NCBI RefSeq assembly: GCF_001194135.2
Contig: NC_068989.1
Coordinates: 17,646,229-17,698,604 of the forward strand
DNA length: 52,376 bases
Source of the DNA: Octopus bimaculoides
Taxonomy: Eukaryota
Reading direction: 5' to 3'
Shown: positions 36,855 to 46,929 of the stretch, piece after piece
How the letters are laid out: each line of letters opens with the position of its first letter
Position numbering within the stretch: position 1 is the stretch's first letter
Notes under the pieces: model-generated
Told to the model about the DNA's origin: nothing
Databases searched by the model: none
Seen by the model: only the letters and a program-made list of their open reading frames with translations
Translations under genes and position numbers: made by a program

Positions 36855-39064
36855 CACACACACACACACAACACTCACGCCAGCCCACACATACACACAA
36901 TCAAACAAACAAACCACCATGCACATATTTATATAACTGTGTAAGTGTCTGCATTGATTCATTCTGTGTAAGGAGAATAGTGCTTTTTTTTTTCTTCAAT
37001 ATTGATATTTGTTCAATATGAGATTAATAAAAGGTGACTGTGAAGATTAATGCAGATTATAAACAGGTAAATATTTAGTGATACCATTGAGTACAGAAAA
37101 CCGTATTTATACTCATGAATATTTTAGGTGCACGCACACAGGTCTACGCACAGACGCGCACACACACACACACACACACATACACACACACACACACACG
37201 CGCGCACACACACACACGCACACACGCACACATACATGCACAGACACGTGCCTGCGCGTTCACTCGCAAGTATGTGTCAGTGTATTTGTTTATGTGTGTT
37301 TGTATGTTTATGTGTCTATATAATTTATTGACATTAAACATTACATACTGGCTACTACGCAGTAAACGGTATTGTTCAGACGATAAAACTAGATGACTAA
37401 TGTATACGTATGTACATAGCCATTTATACACCCAGCTGCGCATCCATCCATCCATCCATACATGTATGTATGTATGTATGTATGTATGCATGCATGTATG
37501 TATGTGTGTATCTATCTTATATATATATATATATATATGGGAGAATATACAAAAAATAACAACAGACGAGGACAGGTGGTGTAAATAACAAAAGTATATA
37601 TTAGTATGACGCTCGGGAATACGGAAAGTCTTTGACGTTTCGAGCTACGCTCTTCAACAGAAAGAATACGGAGACAAGGAGAAAAACACGGAGAAAAAAA
37701 ATTGAATAGTGTTCAGTCAACGGTCAATCATANNNNNNNNNNNNNNNNNNNNNNNNNNNNNNNNNNNNNNNNNNNNNNNNNNNNNNNNNNNNNNNNNNNN
37801 NNNNNNNNNNNNNNNNNNNNNNNNNNNNNNNNNNNNNNNNNNNNNNNNNNNNTATATATATATATATATATATATGCATATATATATATTTGTCTGTATG
37901 TATGTGTGTGTATAGATAAAATGCATATATATGTATGCATACCTTATCACACTGTGTCACGCTGAATATCCCCGAGAACTACGTAAAGGGTACATGTGTC
38001 TGTGGAGTGCTCAGCCACTTGCACGTTAATTTCACGAGCAGGCTNNNNNNNNNNGCCACTTGCACGTTAATTTCACGAGCAGGCTGGCTGTTCCGTTGAT
38101 CGGATCAACTGGAACCCTCGACGTTGTAAACGACGGAGTGCCAACAACAATATGTATGCATATGCATACGTGTGTGTGTGTGTGCGTGTGTATCCATGTA
38201 TGCACACACATCCACTAGCACACTGCACACACATATATACATTTACAATAGGGGAATGCTGAATTGTATAGGCAATAGACAAAATAACTTGCAGCATTCT
38301 GTTCGCGCATGCATGCTCAAACCTCACTGATGTCTTAACGAAGTCGATAGAATACATAGTGAGATTGATGTAATCAACTATATCCAAGAAAATGTCGCAT
38401 CGTGGCCAGTCTAGGATGTTGAACAAGTAGATAACACTAAATATTATTTTTCCCGTCGTAATCTGCTGAGGCAGATTAGTTGAAATTTAACGATGTCTTT
38501 CGGGCTTTAAATAATTCCAGCATTTATTTAAACTTACTGAATCTACAGTGTTTCTGTTCTGACCTGGAGTAAATGATCTGATGGTCACGTAAAATTGAAT
38601 ATAATATCTCTCGGTTAAACAGCATTGATCAGATTATCTGACAACTATACAACACTGAATAAATTCTCCGGTAGCTTATACAACACTGGAAATGTCATCA
38701 TGCAACAATGAATAAGGCATCTGGTATATAACAACAACAACAACAACAACAACACCCTATGTATGAAATGGAATGAGATAAAGAATTAATATGTTTTGAT
38801 ACACTGTAAGTTATTCAGGCATTATCGTGCACTTTGTATTGGCAGACAAGTGTACCTGTTGTGTATGATCAGAAATTATAGAAACGTGGACTGGGTGAAG
38901 AGAAATCGGTTACGCGGGAATCAAACATACAAAACGGACTCGGGTAATCAAGTACTATCACTGATCATCTCTATCGAACATGCACTATAACACGCATATA
39001 GCTAGGAATTGCATAGATACACACTTATAATAATTATTACACATACACACACACACACACACGT

Positions 39065-39112
<48 letters not shown>

Positions 39113-39767
39113 TTTAAAATGCAGAGATGCCTATAATAGGACATCTACTCGCTAGAAATAGCAGCAAAAGACTNNNNNNNNNNNNNNNNNNNNNNNNNNN
39201 NNNNNNNNNNNNNNNNNNNNNNNNNNNNNNNNNNNNNNNNNNNNNNNNNNNNNNNNNNNNNNNNNNNNNNNNNNNNNNNNNNNNNNNNNNNNNNNNNNNN
39301 NNNNNNNNNNNNNNNNNNNNNNNNNNNNNNNNNNNNNNNNNNNNNNNNNNNNNNNNNNNNNNNNNNNNNNNNNNNNNNNNNNNNNNNNNNNNNNNNNNNN
39401 NNNNNNNNNNNNNNNNNNNNNNNNNNNNNNNNNNNNNNNNNNNNNNNNNNNNNNNNNNNNNNNNNNNNNNNNNNNNNNNNNNNNNNNNNNNNNNNNNNNN
39501 NNNNNNNNNNNNNNNNGTATATATATCTACATATATAATTATATGTATGCATATGCAAATATGTACATATTTGTATGTATATAAAGCAATAAATATGAAA
39601 CGCACACGCACACACATGCGCAGAAACGCGCGCGCACATATACACACAGAAATCTAACAACGCAAATAAATATACGCCTCAAATATCCAAGTGTACGAGC
39701 ACCTGTGTGTGTGAAATTAAGTGTGTGTGTGTGTATGTTTATGTGTGTGTTTGTGTGTGTATGTGTG

Positions 39768-39811
<44 letters not shown>

Positions 39812-42800
39812 TGTGTGTGTGTGTGTGCGTGTGTGTGTGGTTCAGCTGTTATTTATGTTAATTTCTAACTTGATTTTGTTTTGCTTTCTAAATATTTTGA
39901 AATTTCTCTTATCTTTTTTTGCATTGTTTTGTTTTGTATTTCAATTAATATTGTAAGGTGACATCTGTGTTACGGCTGTATTTGATCCAATATTGTAACG
40001 CAAAACACCTATCTCTCAGTTTTATTTGATCTTGAATTTTGACATGATACATCTGTGTTATAGTTACATTTGATCTAGCATTATAATACGTGACATCTGT
40101 ACCACAGCTGTATTTGATCTAGCATTGTGACATGACACATCTGTGTTACAATTATATTTCATTTAGCATTATAGTACGAGACATCTGTATCAGAGATGTA
40201 TTTGATCTCAAACGGCACTCCGCCGGTTACGACGACGAGGGTTCCAGTTGATCCGATCAACGGAACAACCTGCTCGTGAAAGTAACGTGCAAGTGGCTGA
40301 GCACTCCACAGACACGTATACCCTTAGCGTAGTTCTCGGGGGAGATTCAGCGTGACACAGAGTGTGACAAGGCTGGCCCTTTGAAATACAGGCACAACAG
40401 AAACAGGAAGTAAGAGTGAGAGAAAGTTGTGGTGAAAGAGTACAGCAGGGTTCACCACCACCCCCTGCGGGAGCCTCGTGGAACTTTAAGTGTTTTCGCT
40501 CAATAAACACTCACAACGCCCGGTCTGGGAATCGAAACCGCGATCCTACGACCGCGACTCCGCTGCCCTAACCACTGGGCCATTGCGCCTCCTATCTCAA
40601 ACGGCAACACGAGATAAATGTGACTCAATAAGATAATATGTGGCGTATGGCGGGTTTTTAACTAATCATATGCTCAAGAATGAGACACTAGGTAATCATT
40701 GGTTTTAAATTTTGGCTCAACGTGACATCTGTACCACAGTTGTATTTGATCTAGCATTGTGACATGACACATCTGTGTTACAATTATATTTCATTTAACA
40801 TCATAATACCAGACATCTGTATCACAGATGTATTTGATCTCAAACGGCAATACGAGATAACTGTGACTCAATAAGATAATATGTGGCGTAAGGCGGGCTT
40901 TTAACTGATCATATGCTCTAGAATGAGACACTAGCTAATCATTGGTTTGGTTTTAAATTTTGGCTCAAAGCTAACATCTTGGGGGGGGGGGGGTAAGTCG
41001 ATTACATTGACCCCAGTGCTCAAGTGGCACTTATTTTATCGACCTCCAAAAGGGATGAAAAGCAAAGTCAACCTGGGCGGAATTTGAACTCAGAACATAA
41101 AGAGGGACGAAATCCTGCTAAGCATTTTACCCGGCATGGTAAAGGTTCTGTCAGCGCGCAGCTTTACACTTGTTAATTATTGCTTAAAGAAATGAACATG
41201 TTGTAGACATGGTCTTTGTTCATTGTTAGTTCAAATAAGCTAGCGACATTTATTTATGTGTAGCCATATGTGGCACTGATATTGAGATACGAAGCAGTGG
41301 CCCTACACATCCTATCGACTCTTTCTGATATTCTGTCAGCACAACTAGCATTCAGTCTTTAATTTAGGTTGCGTATCTATTTGAGGGAATAAGATAACCG
41401 AGTTGATTACTTATCGATCTTCAGGAAGAAAATTTCATTGTTCACGTGTCTCAAGTGATATGCTTTGCTTTACCCATTACAGCGACAGTTGACAGCGGCC
41501 AGACCAGATGAGCTAATTGCAAATAAGCATCATCGGTAGGAACAGTATACAACATGAGGCAGATGAAGCACAATGTAACTGATAGGTTTTGGCTCATTCG
41601 ATGTGGATTAGTCAGAAATGGTTTGGCTCTATCAGGAGTCAGGAGGATACACTATACTTTTAGAGTTGAATCAGTGTTATAAGACTCATCTCCACCCAAT
41701 CTCTCAGCATCTGACGTCTTCGGATCGGCTTTTTCAGTGATGGCAGAATTATGGGGTGGCAATAGATTGCATTTTCAGTTAGAGACAGAGAGCAAACGGA
41801 TGTAGGAGATTTTGAGAATGCGACATGTTCATTTCCATCTTAAAGCCTCAGTAGTGCAGGCTGTTTTATGTAGTAAGCTATGTTAGGCTGAGAAATAAGC
41901 CTCTTTTATATTTGAGCCACGATTCAGTTTCGATTCTAGGTAGAAACTATTTCATTTCATTACATTCTTTACATGAACGTTTTAAAATACAAGAATGTCT
42001 CAAAATCCCATTTCTATACTCTTTTCGATGTGACTCGTCTTAAATAATGAGATCTTGATTTTTATGTGCTGTACGCTGGTGTCGATCCCCAGTCATATAA
42101 TATTGATGTTTCGCATAATCACATGGGTAGTTGCTGTTGGTATAAATTATATTAATATATACGTTGTACGCCGGGGAAAAAGCTTAGCGGCATTTCGTCC
42201 GTCTTTACATTCTGAGTTCAAATTCCGCCTAGGTCGACTTTGACTTTCATCCTTTCAAGGTCGATAAATTAAGTACCAGTGAAACACTGGGGTTGATGTA
42301 ATCGACTTACCCCTCTTCCAAAATTTCAGGTTTTGTGTCCAAAGTAGAAAGGATTATTAGCAATATTGCTTCTCCATAGTGAGGTTACTGACTTTAATAT
42401 CATTAATCCACGAAAGTTTGCGTGACCACTCGAATTCTGAGAACCACCAGTAAAGTCTAACCCAAATCAAACATTACTAAAGATAAAAAGGGAAAATATA
42501 TTGAATGAATATTTTCAATCTTAAATATGTTCAATCAGGGCCCACTTGGGGCTAAACAACATCGATCTTGTTCAGTTTGATTTCTAACACGGGTTTTGTG
42601 AAGGTTATTAATATCGGTGTGAGTATAATATTGTCGAATATTATACTGATACAGTAGCATGGGAGGTGATGAGGATGAAGTTGATTCGATTAGGGTTCTA
42701 ATTTGGAATGAAGAATGATTAAACTAAATTGAGTCTGGTGCCCTACTAAAATTTCGTGAGGTCCTTTAAGCTACATACAAAAGAAAAAAATAAACAGAAT

Positions 42801-44215
42801 TATAAGTTATTGGGCTAAAGAATTGCGGTTTGTGATATTGTAAAATGTGATGGTTTCAAACACGGATTGAACCTAGTCCACTTCGTTCCGAGAGAAGTTA
42901 CCTTTTACTACAGTGCTTTCGCCTAAACATATCACAAATAAATTCTTTAAATATTAAATTGATTAATAATTCAGTATTAGATTTAGTTAGAATATCGAAT
43001 GAAAAATGCCAGTTGAATAATTTTGCACATGAGTCTATATTCAAGCTAGAGATTCTGTTCATTATTATTATTACTGTTGTTTATCCACATTGTACATAGT
43101 CGGTCAAACGGTGAGGTATGACTACATCTCCATCTACCTGAAGACAATGCTTCACATAATGTTCAGTCTCAAACTATCACAAACAATGTCATTAATTTCA
43201 TGCAGAAAATGATGTGCTATAGTCTATCATAGCAAACATTTAATCAATATACAAACGTCATTAATGAATACATGTACTCGTAAATTCAGATAGATTTACG
43301 CGTACATAAATAAACACAGATACACACACATACGTACGTACATACATACATGCGTACATACATACACACATACATACGTACATACATACATACATACATG
43401 CATACATACATACATACATACATACATTTTCATAGAATTACGTAATATCAATGCATATGTCGATAGTAACTGAAGTAGTTATACGAGTATGTATGTATAA
43501 TCAGCTATGATTATATACGTCTAGCCATTTTATTACTGTGGCGACAGATTTCTGTGGATTTTTTTGTGTGTGTATGTGTGTGTGCGCGCACGTAGTGTGT
43601 GTGCGCATGAATAAGAGAGAGAAAGAGTGCGCGTTTTTATGTCTTAAAACAAGCGACTTACAAACACACACGCATATAAATACTCCAATTAATACATTTA
43701 ATAATATATTCATATAATAATCACCCATGGCTAGTTTCTTATCATTACATAAACATAAACTGCTGATTGTATTCGCACAAAGTTTTATACACCTTGATGC
43801 GTTCCTGCACGTTTACAGGTGTAATATTTATTTATAAATGTACGCAAATAATTAAAGGTGTTTGATGGTCGTATATACATACATACATACATACATATAT
43901 GCCTAAATACATGATACATATATCTGTATATGTTTATGAATTTGCACTGTCACTGAAACGCAGCATAACATCTGTTTATATTGTAATAACGAGAGGTGAT
44001 GCAATCTATGTGCATGTATTTATGTATATGTGAGTCTGTATATATGTGTATATCCATAAGTGCATTTTTATGTAGATGAAATATGTATATGTGTTTACCC
44101 GTGTGTGCACGTACATATGTGTTCACATTTTAAGGAATGTAAGGCTTAGGAATAGAATACTTACAGAGATTGTAACAGCAACAAGGAGCAGAAGACTACT
44201 AGTTAACTGAAGCAT
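10643..44215 (-). CDS. 11-exon gene for a predicted secreted Delta/Serrate-like protein: SP-C2(MNNL)-DSL-EGFx15-ChtBD2, 832 aa
   Basis: Coding exons (minus): 44165-44215, 35989-36178, 29351-29433, 25086-25253, 24499-24643, 22906-23016, 22159-22278, 20052-20165, 17486-17605, 14603-15823, 10643-10818. All junctions are GT-AG, phases are 0,1,0,0,1,1,1,1,1,1, total length 2499 nt, one open frame ending in TAA. Confidence 0.88.
10958..11083. repeat. Near-perfect hairpin: 55-bp arms, 16-nt loop
   Basis: Arms 10958-11012 and 11029-11083 are reverse complements with one mismatch. Confidence 0.9.
11960..12060. mobile_element. Mariner-like terminal remnant
   Basis: ta-caagggggtgctgaaaagtttctgg resembles a mariner TIR start; no partner TIR found. 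Confidence 0.35.
14603..15823 (-). CDS. Coding exon 10: 11 tandem EGF repeats (EGF5-15)
   Basis: 1221 nt, phase 1-1, within the 430-aa ORF 14556..15848. ctttcag| acceptor and GAAG|gtaagt donor. Confidence 0.95.
16235..16979. mobile_element. Three SINE-C copies in +/-/+ arrangement
   Basis: 16235-16451(+), 16528-16740(-), 16768-16979(+), all with the aaggcggcgagctg head and gccaaaatttgaaacc-type tail. Confidence 0.85.
17486..17605 (-). CDS. Coding exon 9: EGF4 (K)[39 protein letters not shown]
   Basis: 120 nt, phase 1-1, tttctag|...|gtaact. Confidence 0.92.
20052..20165 (-). CDS. Coding exon 8: EGF3 (G)[37 protein letters not shown]
   Basis: 114 nt, phase 1-1, ctctag|...|gtgagt. Confidence 0.92.
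21054..21167 (-). pseudogene. Decayed EGF pseudo-exon in the intron between EGF2 and EGF3
   Basis: aacaag|(A)[36 protein letters not shown]. 114 nt, phase 1-1 geometry, in-frame TAA, Cys5 to Tyr, and AT instead of GT at the donor position. Confidence 0.8.
21235..21428 (+). mobile_element. SINE family C copy
   Basis: ggcggtgagctggcagaatcgttagcacgccggg...ccaaaatttgaaatc. Other copies at 23400-23587(-), 28060-28235(-), 40950-41165(-), 42165-42355(+). Confidence 0.85.
21491..21730. mobile_element. Palindromic Penelope-like insertion with 10-bp TSD and a hammerhead-like motif
   Basis: Direct repeat tggcgggata at 21481-21490 and 21731-21740; inverted arms about 21518-21614 and 21635-21731; CTGATGAAGGCTGG..TCAGCCGAAACGTT. 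Confidence 0.7.
22159..22278 (-). CDS. Coding exon 7: EGF2, calcium-binding type (G)[39 protein letters not shown]
   Basis: 120 nt, phase 1-1, IDEC...D....Y calcium-binding EGF consensus. Confidence 0.93.
22906..23016 (-). CDS. Coding exon 6: EGF1 (A)[36 protein letters not shown]
   Basis: 111 nt, phase 1-1, six-Cys EGF, GT-AG. Confidence 0.92.
24499..24643 (-). CDS. Coding exon 5: DSL domain [48 protein letters not shown]
   Basis: Six Cys spaced C-x8-C-x3-C-x11-C-x7-C-x8-C as in Jagged/Delta DSL, with YYG and CD.NG.K.C motifs. Confidence 0.93.
25086..25253 (-). CDS. Coding exon 4: C2/MNNL C-terminal part [10 protein letters not shown]...GSQLTYQIR
   Basis: 168 nt, phase 0-0, ttttcag|...|gtaagt. 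YQIR matches Jagged1 FEYQIR immediately before the DSL domain. Confidence 0.88.
25540..26418 (-). mobile_element. Penelope-like element 3' portion (GIY-YIG C-terminus plus terminal repeat)
   Basis: Minus frame 26418-26200: ..[31 protein letters not shown]...[19 protein letters not shown].., matching the PLE pattern pvarHF..gHs...E..lI..l....GlN, followed by a low-complexity 3' region and terminal repeat. Confidence 0.8.
27330..27835 (+). mobile_element. R4/NeSL-type non-LTR retrotransposon, restriction-like endonuclease remnant
   Basis: [24 protein letters not shown]...[37 protein letters not shown]...LIVRAL. Confidence 0.82.
28242..28453. repeat. Compound trinucleotide microsatellite (ACT)n-(GCT)-(AAT)n-(AAC)-(GAA)n
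   Basis: Directly visible; adjoins a long N gap. Confidence 0.95.
29351..29433 (-). CDS. Coding exon 3: C2/MNNL middle (G)[27 protein letters not shown]
   Basis: tttcag| acceptor, |gtaagt donor, 83 nt, phase 1 to 0, bridging the flanking exons exactly. NP motif corresponds to Delta NPIRFPF. Confidence 0.82.
31597..31748 (-). mobile_element. Penelope-like terminal repeat copy
   Basis: Close match to 25540-25690; runs into an N gap. Confidence 0.65.
32021..32915. mobile_element. Rearranged DD37D (maT-type) Tc1/mariner transposase remnants
   Basis: [12 protein letters not shown]...[15 protein letters not shown]-type segment with 37 residues between the second and third catalytic positions, carrying stops and a frameshift. 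Three overlapping-homology copies: +32021-32340, -32400-32750, +32755-32915. Confidence 0.8.
33792..34559. mobile_element. About 770-bp imperfect foldback element
   Basis: Arm pairs include gtagtgaggaaagg/cctttcctcactac and tttctaggatatcccagctattgg/ccaatagctgggatatcctagaaa; symmetry continues inward to about 34147/34174. Confidence 0.8.
35229..35468. mobile_element. Degenerate palindromic MITE-like element
   Basis: tcatcata..taatgctgtaatcat / atgattgcagcattac..tatgatga plus inner arm similarity. Confidence 0.5.
35989..36178 (-). CDS. Coding exon 2: N-terminal part of Notch-ligand C2/MNNL domain
   Basis: ttgcag|[63 protein letters not shown]|gtaagt. Resembles Delta FELKL..F.N..GLL.N..CC...C.T.F.VC...C.YG...T.V.G. 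Confidence 0.88.
37560..37700 (-). mobile_element. Penelope-like terminal repeat copy with hammerhead-like fold
   Basis: Minus strand TCTTT-CTGTTGAA-GAGC-GTA-GCTC-GAAACGTC-AAAGA. Confidence 0.6.
37946..38150 (+). mobile_element. SINE family A 3' half
   Basis: Matches the tail of the 3049 and 40214 copies. Confidence 0.75.
39959..40968. repeat. Degenerate ~43-bp minisatellite inside a ~250-bp tandem duplication
   Basis: Repeating gacatctgt..tatttgatctagcatt units. Duplicated blocks are 40089-40720 (SINE-interrupted) and 40721-40968. Confidence 0.8.
40214..40592 (-). mobile_element. SINE family A, full length, 13-bp TSD
   Basis: atctcaaacggca at 40205-40217 and 40594-40606. Confidence 0.9.
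44165..44215 (-). CDS. Coding exon 1: signal peptide [17 protein letters not shown]
   Basis: ATG at 44215, hydrophobic core, and a phase-0 donor TCT|gtaagt that matches the phase-0 acceptor of the C2 exon. Predicted cleavage near PIVA^NY. Confidence 0.8.
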
Positions 44216-44385
44216 GTTGATTGTCTTATTAGGGATTATCTAATGAGAGTTTAAATATATAGTGCTTATATAAATATCACCAGTCCACTTGCCCCTGCGA
44301 AGGCGACGCTAGTCAACGTATCGAATAGCGACTTAATGCACACACTCACACTCACAAAGGAGTTTCTGTGTGGAAACGAACTCAC

Positions 44386-44608
44386 TGAATTCTCCAAATA
44401 AGTCCGGTGAACAGACAAGACAAATATGACAAACTGTGAGGGAAAGCCCGGTATTTAAAGGTGATCGTCAATAGAAGACAGTGTTATGTTTGTGAATGAG
44501 GTCGAGTGTATATGCCAAAGTTTACACAATGGTATACGAGTTTGAAAGTCGCGCCAGATGACCAATGAAAACGGGTTTCTGTAGCTTTGTTCCTCTAATC
44601 GTGCCAAT
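44386..44608 (-). promoter_or_regulatory. Candidate core promoter and non-coding first exon
   Basis: TATA-like TTTAAATA (44459-44452), Inr-like TCATATT about 32 nt downstream, and a GTGAGT donor after 44386. Possible acceptor cattag| at 44240/44239 before the ATG exon. Two CCAAT motifs (44562, 44604). Confidence 0.35.
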
Positions 44609-44805
44609 CAGAGACTACATCAGCTGGAATAAGACCGACAGTGTGAGTGCTATTCGCATCTCACGCCTAGTACGAGGCAGTAAACTTGAACATCAACTAA
44701 CCAACACCTGCTTTCGGTTGTGAAAAGGCAATCTCAAAGGTAGGGCGATATAAAGGTAGGGGTGGGGTGGGGGAGAGGAGGTTGGAAAAGAAGAAAAAAA
44801 AGACT

Positions 44806-44900
44806 ACGATGATGGCGACGACGACGACGACGACGACGACGATGAAGAAGAAGAAGGAGAAGAAGAAGAAGAAGAAGAAGAAGAAGAAGAAGAAGAAATA
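44806..44900. repeat. (ACG)n-(GAA)n microsatellite upstream of the candidate promoter
   Basis: Directly visible. Confidence 0.9.
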
Positions 44901-45483
44901 AGAGCTATAAAAAGCAAGAATGGAAGAAAAAGGAAGAAAAGAAGGGTAAAAGAAGAAACGTGTGGAGTGGCAATGATTAGGAAAAAAGTATTTCTCTAGC
45001 AGAGTTAATATATGTAGGAGTTTTATAATTTGAATGTAAACAGAATGAAAATAAACGAACAAAAGGTTTTTTGTCTTTAATGTAAATATAAAAGATAGAA
45101 AGACATAATAGAGATCTGACATAGAATTATACAATATTTATTTTGTGAACCGTTTCAAAGAATATAGCTTTATTGAATATAACTTATTTGGAAAAGGATT
45201 GTCTACCTATCTATTTCTCTATGTCTGTATCTATCTGTCCCTCTACTACACACAGACACATACACGCACACATACATGCATGTACGCACGCACGCACACA
45301 CACACACACACACACACGTTCACGCACATGCACGCACACGCATGCATTTATGGATGCCAGTTTTAATACCTACCTACCTACCTACCAACCTACGTACCTA
45401 CCAGCATACATACATACATACATACATACATGTAAGTACGTAGCTAAGTATATACATATTGTGTATATGCATATGTGTGTATA

Positions 45484-45519
<36 letters not shown>

Positions 45520-45706
45520 TATATATNNNNNNNNNNNNNNNNNNNNNNNNNNNNNNNNNNNNNNNNNNNNNNNNNNNNNNNNNNNNNNNNNNNNNNNNNN
45601 NNNNNNNNNNNNNNNNNNNNNNNNNNNNNNNNNNNNNNNNNNNNNNNNNNNNNNNNNNNNNNNNNNNNNNNNNNNNNNNNNNNNNNNNNNNNNNNNNNNN
45701 NNNNNN

Positions 45707-45738
<32 letters not shown>

Positions 45739-46344
45739 TATATATATACATACACACACGCATAAATATATATATATATACACATATAAGGGTTATATGT
45801 GTATATATATGGCATATGTACATATTTACACACAAACGTACATGTATGGTTTAAATTCTATCAAAGTTCTACTTAGCACTATAACTATTTTCTTTCCTTT
45901 CTTTCCTAGGTCTACCCATGTATATACTGTTTTTGTCTTTACTATTTATTATGCAAGTCTTTTCATCGTTTGACAAAAGGCGATCATCAATACATACTCA
46001 CCATTTCTTGTTTAACTTGGAAGCAGTTATAGAATGGACGAGACTATGTATGCATGTATGTATGTATGTGTGTGTGAGAGAGAGAGAGAGAGAGGGAAAG
46101 AGAGAGAATGAGAAAGAGAGACAGGCAGAGAGAGGAGAGAAAGTGTATGTGTGTTACTTCTGTTGTGGCTACATCACTTTGTTCGAGTATTTTTATAATA
46201 GAATGTTGGGATGCCAAGAAAAGGTTCTGTCTTGTTCTATAGGCGAGTCGATTTTCTACAACAAATTTATTAGAGCAAAAACGAAAGATCATTAAGCATT
46301 TACTAAGAGCAGAAGTTGGTTAGATTCTCGATGGCGTACCATTC

Positions 46345-46386
<42 letters not shown>

Positions 46387-46929
46387 NNNNNNNNNNNNNN
46401 NNNNNNNNNNNNNNNNNNNNNNNNNNNNNNNNNNNNNNNNNNNNNNNNNNNNNNNNNNNNNNNNNNNNNNNNNNNNNNNNNNNNNNNNNNNNNNNNNNNN
46501 NNNNNNNNNNNNNNNNNNNNNNNNNNNNNNNNNNNNNNNNNNNNNNNNNNNNNNNNNNNNNNNNNNNNNNNNNNNNNNNNNNNNNNNNNNNNNNNNNNNN
46601 NNNNNNNNNNNNNNNNNNNNNNNNNNNNNNNNNNNNNNNNNNNNNNNNNNNNNNNNNNNNNNNNNNNNNNNNNNNNNNNNNNNNNNNNNNNNNNNNNNNN
46701 NNNNNNNNNNNNNNNNNNNNNNNNNNNNNNNNNNNNNNNNNNNNNNNNNNNNNNNNNNNNNNNNNNNNNNNNNNNNNNNNNNNNNNNNNNNNNNNNNNNN
46801 NNNNNNNNNNNNNNNNNNNNNNNNNNNNNNNNNNNNNNNNNNNNNNNNNNNNNNNNNNNNNNNNNNNNNNNNNNNNNNNNNNNNNNNNNNNNNNNNNNNN
46901 NNNNNNNNNNNNTAATGAGCGACCAAAGA

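Noticed and set aside
38016-38085. Exact ~30-bp direct repeat flanking a short N gap
   Set aside because: Typical overlapping-contig scaffolding artefact.
39114-39173. Hydrophobic [15 protein letters not shown] next to a gap
   Set aside because: No phase-0 GT donor and no visible start codon.
39959-40210. Repeat/spacer-like array
   Set aside because: Degenerate eukaryotic minisatellite with no invariant repeats, unique spacers or cas genes; not CRISPR.
40520-40592. tRNA-like sequences at SINE heads (also about 3440-3513, 5135-5205, 7615-7688)
   Set aside because: Box A/B heads of multi-copy SINEs without a complete acceptor stem; not tRNA genes.
43138-43201. Signal-peptide-like frame [19 protein letters not shown] with a CAG|gtagat donor
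   Set aside because: Two in-frame stops and the wrong phase (1); 44165-44215 supplies an intact phase-0 signal exon.
3407-46926. Many ORFs in the six-frame track rich in HT, YI, CV, MYVC or X
   Set aside because: These are translations of microsatellites and N gaps, not proteins.
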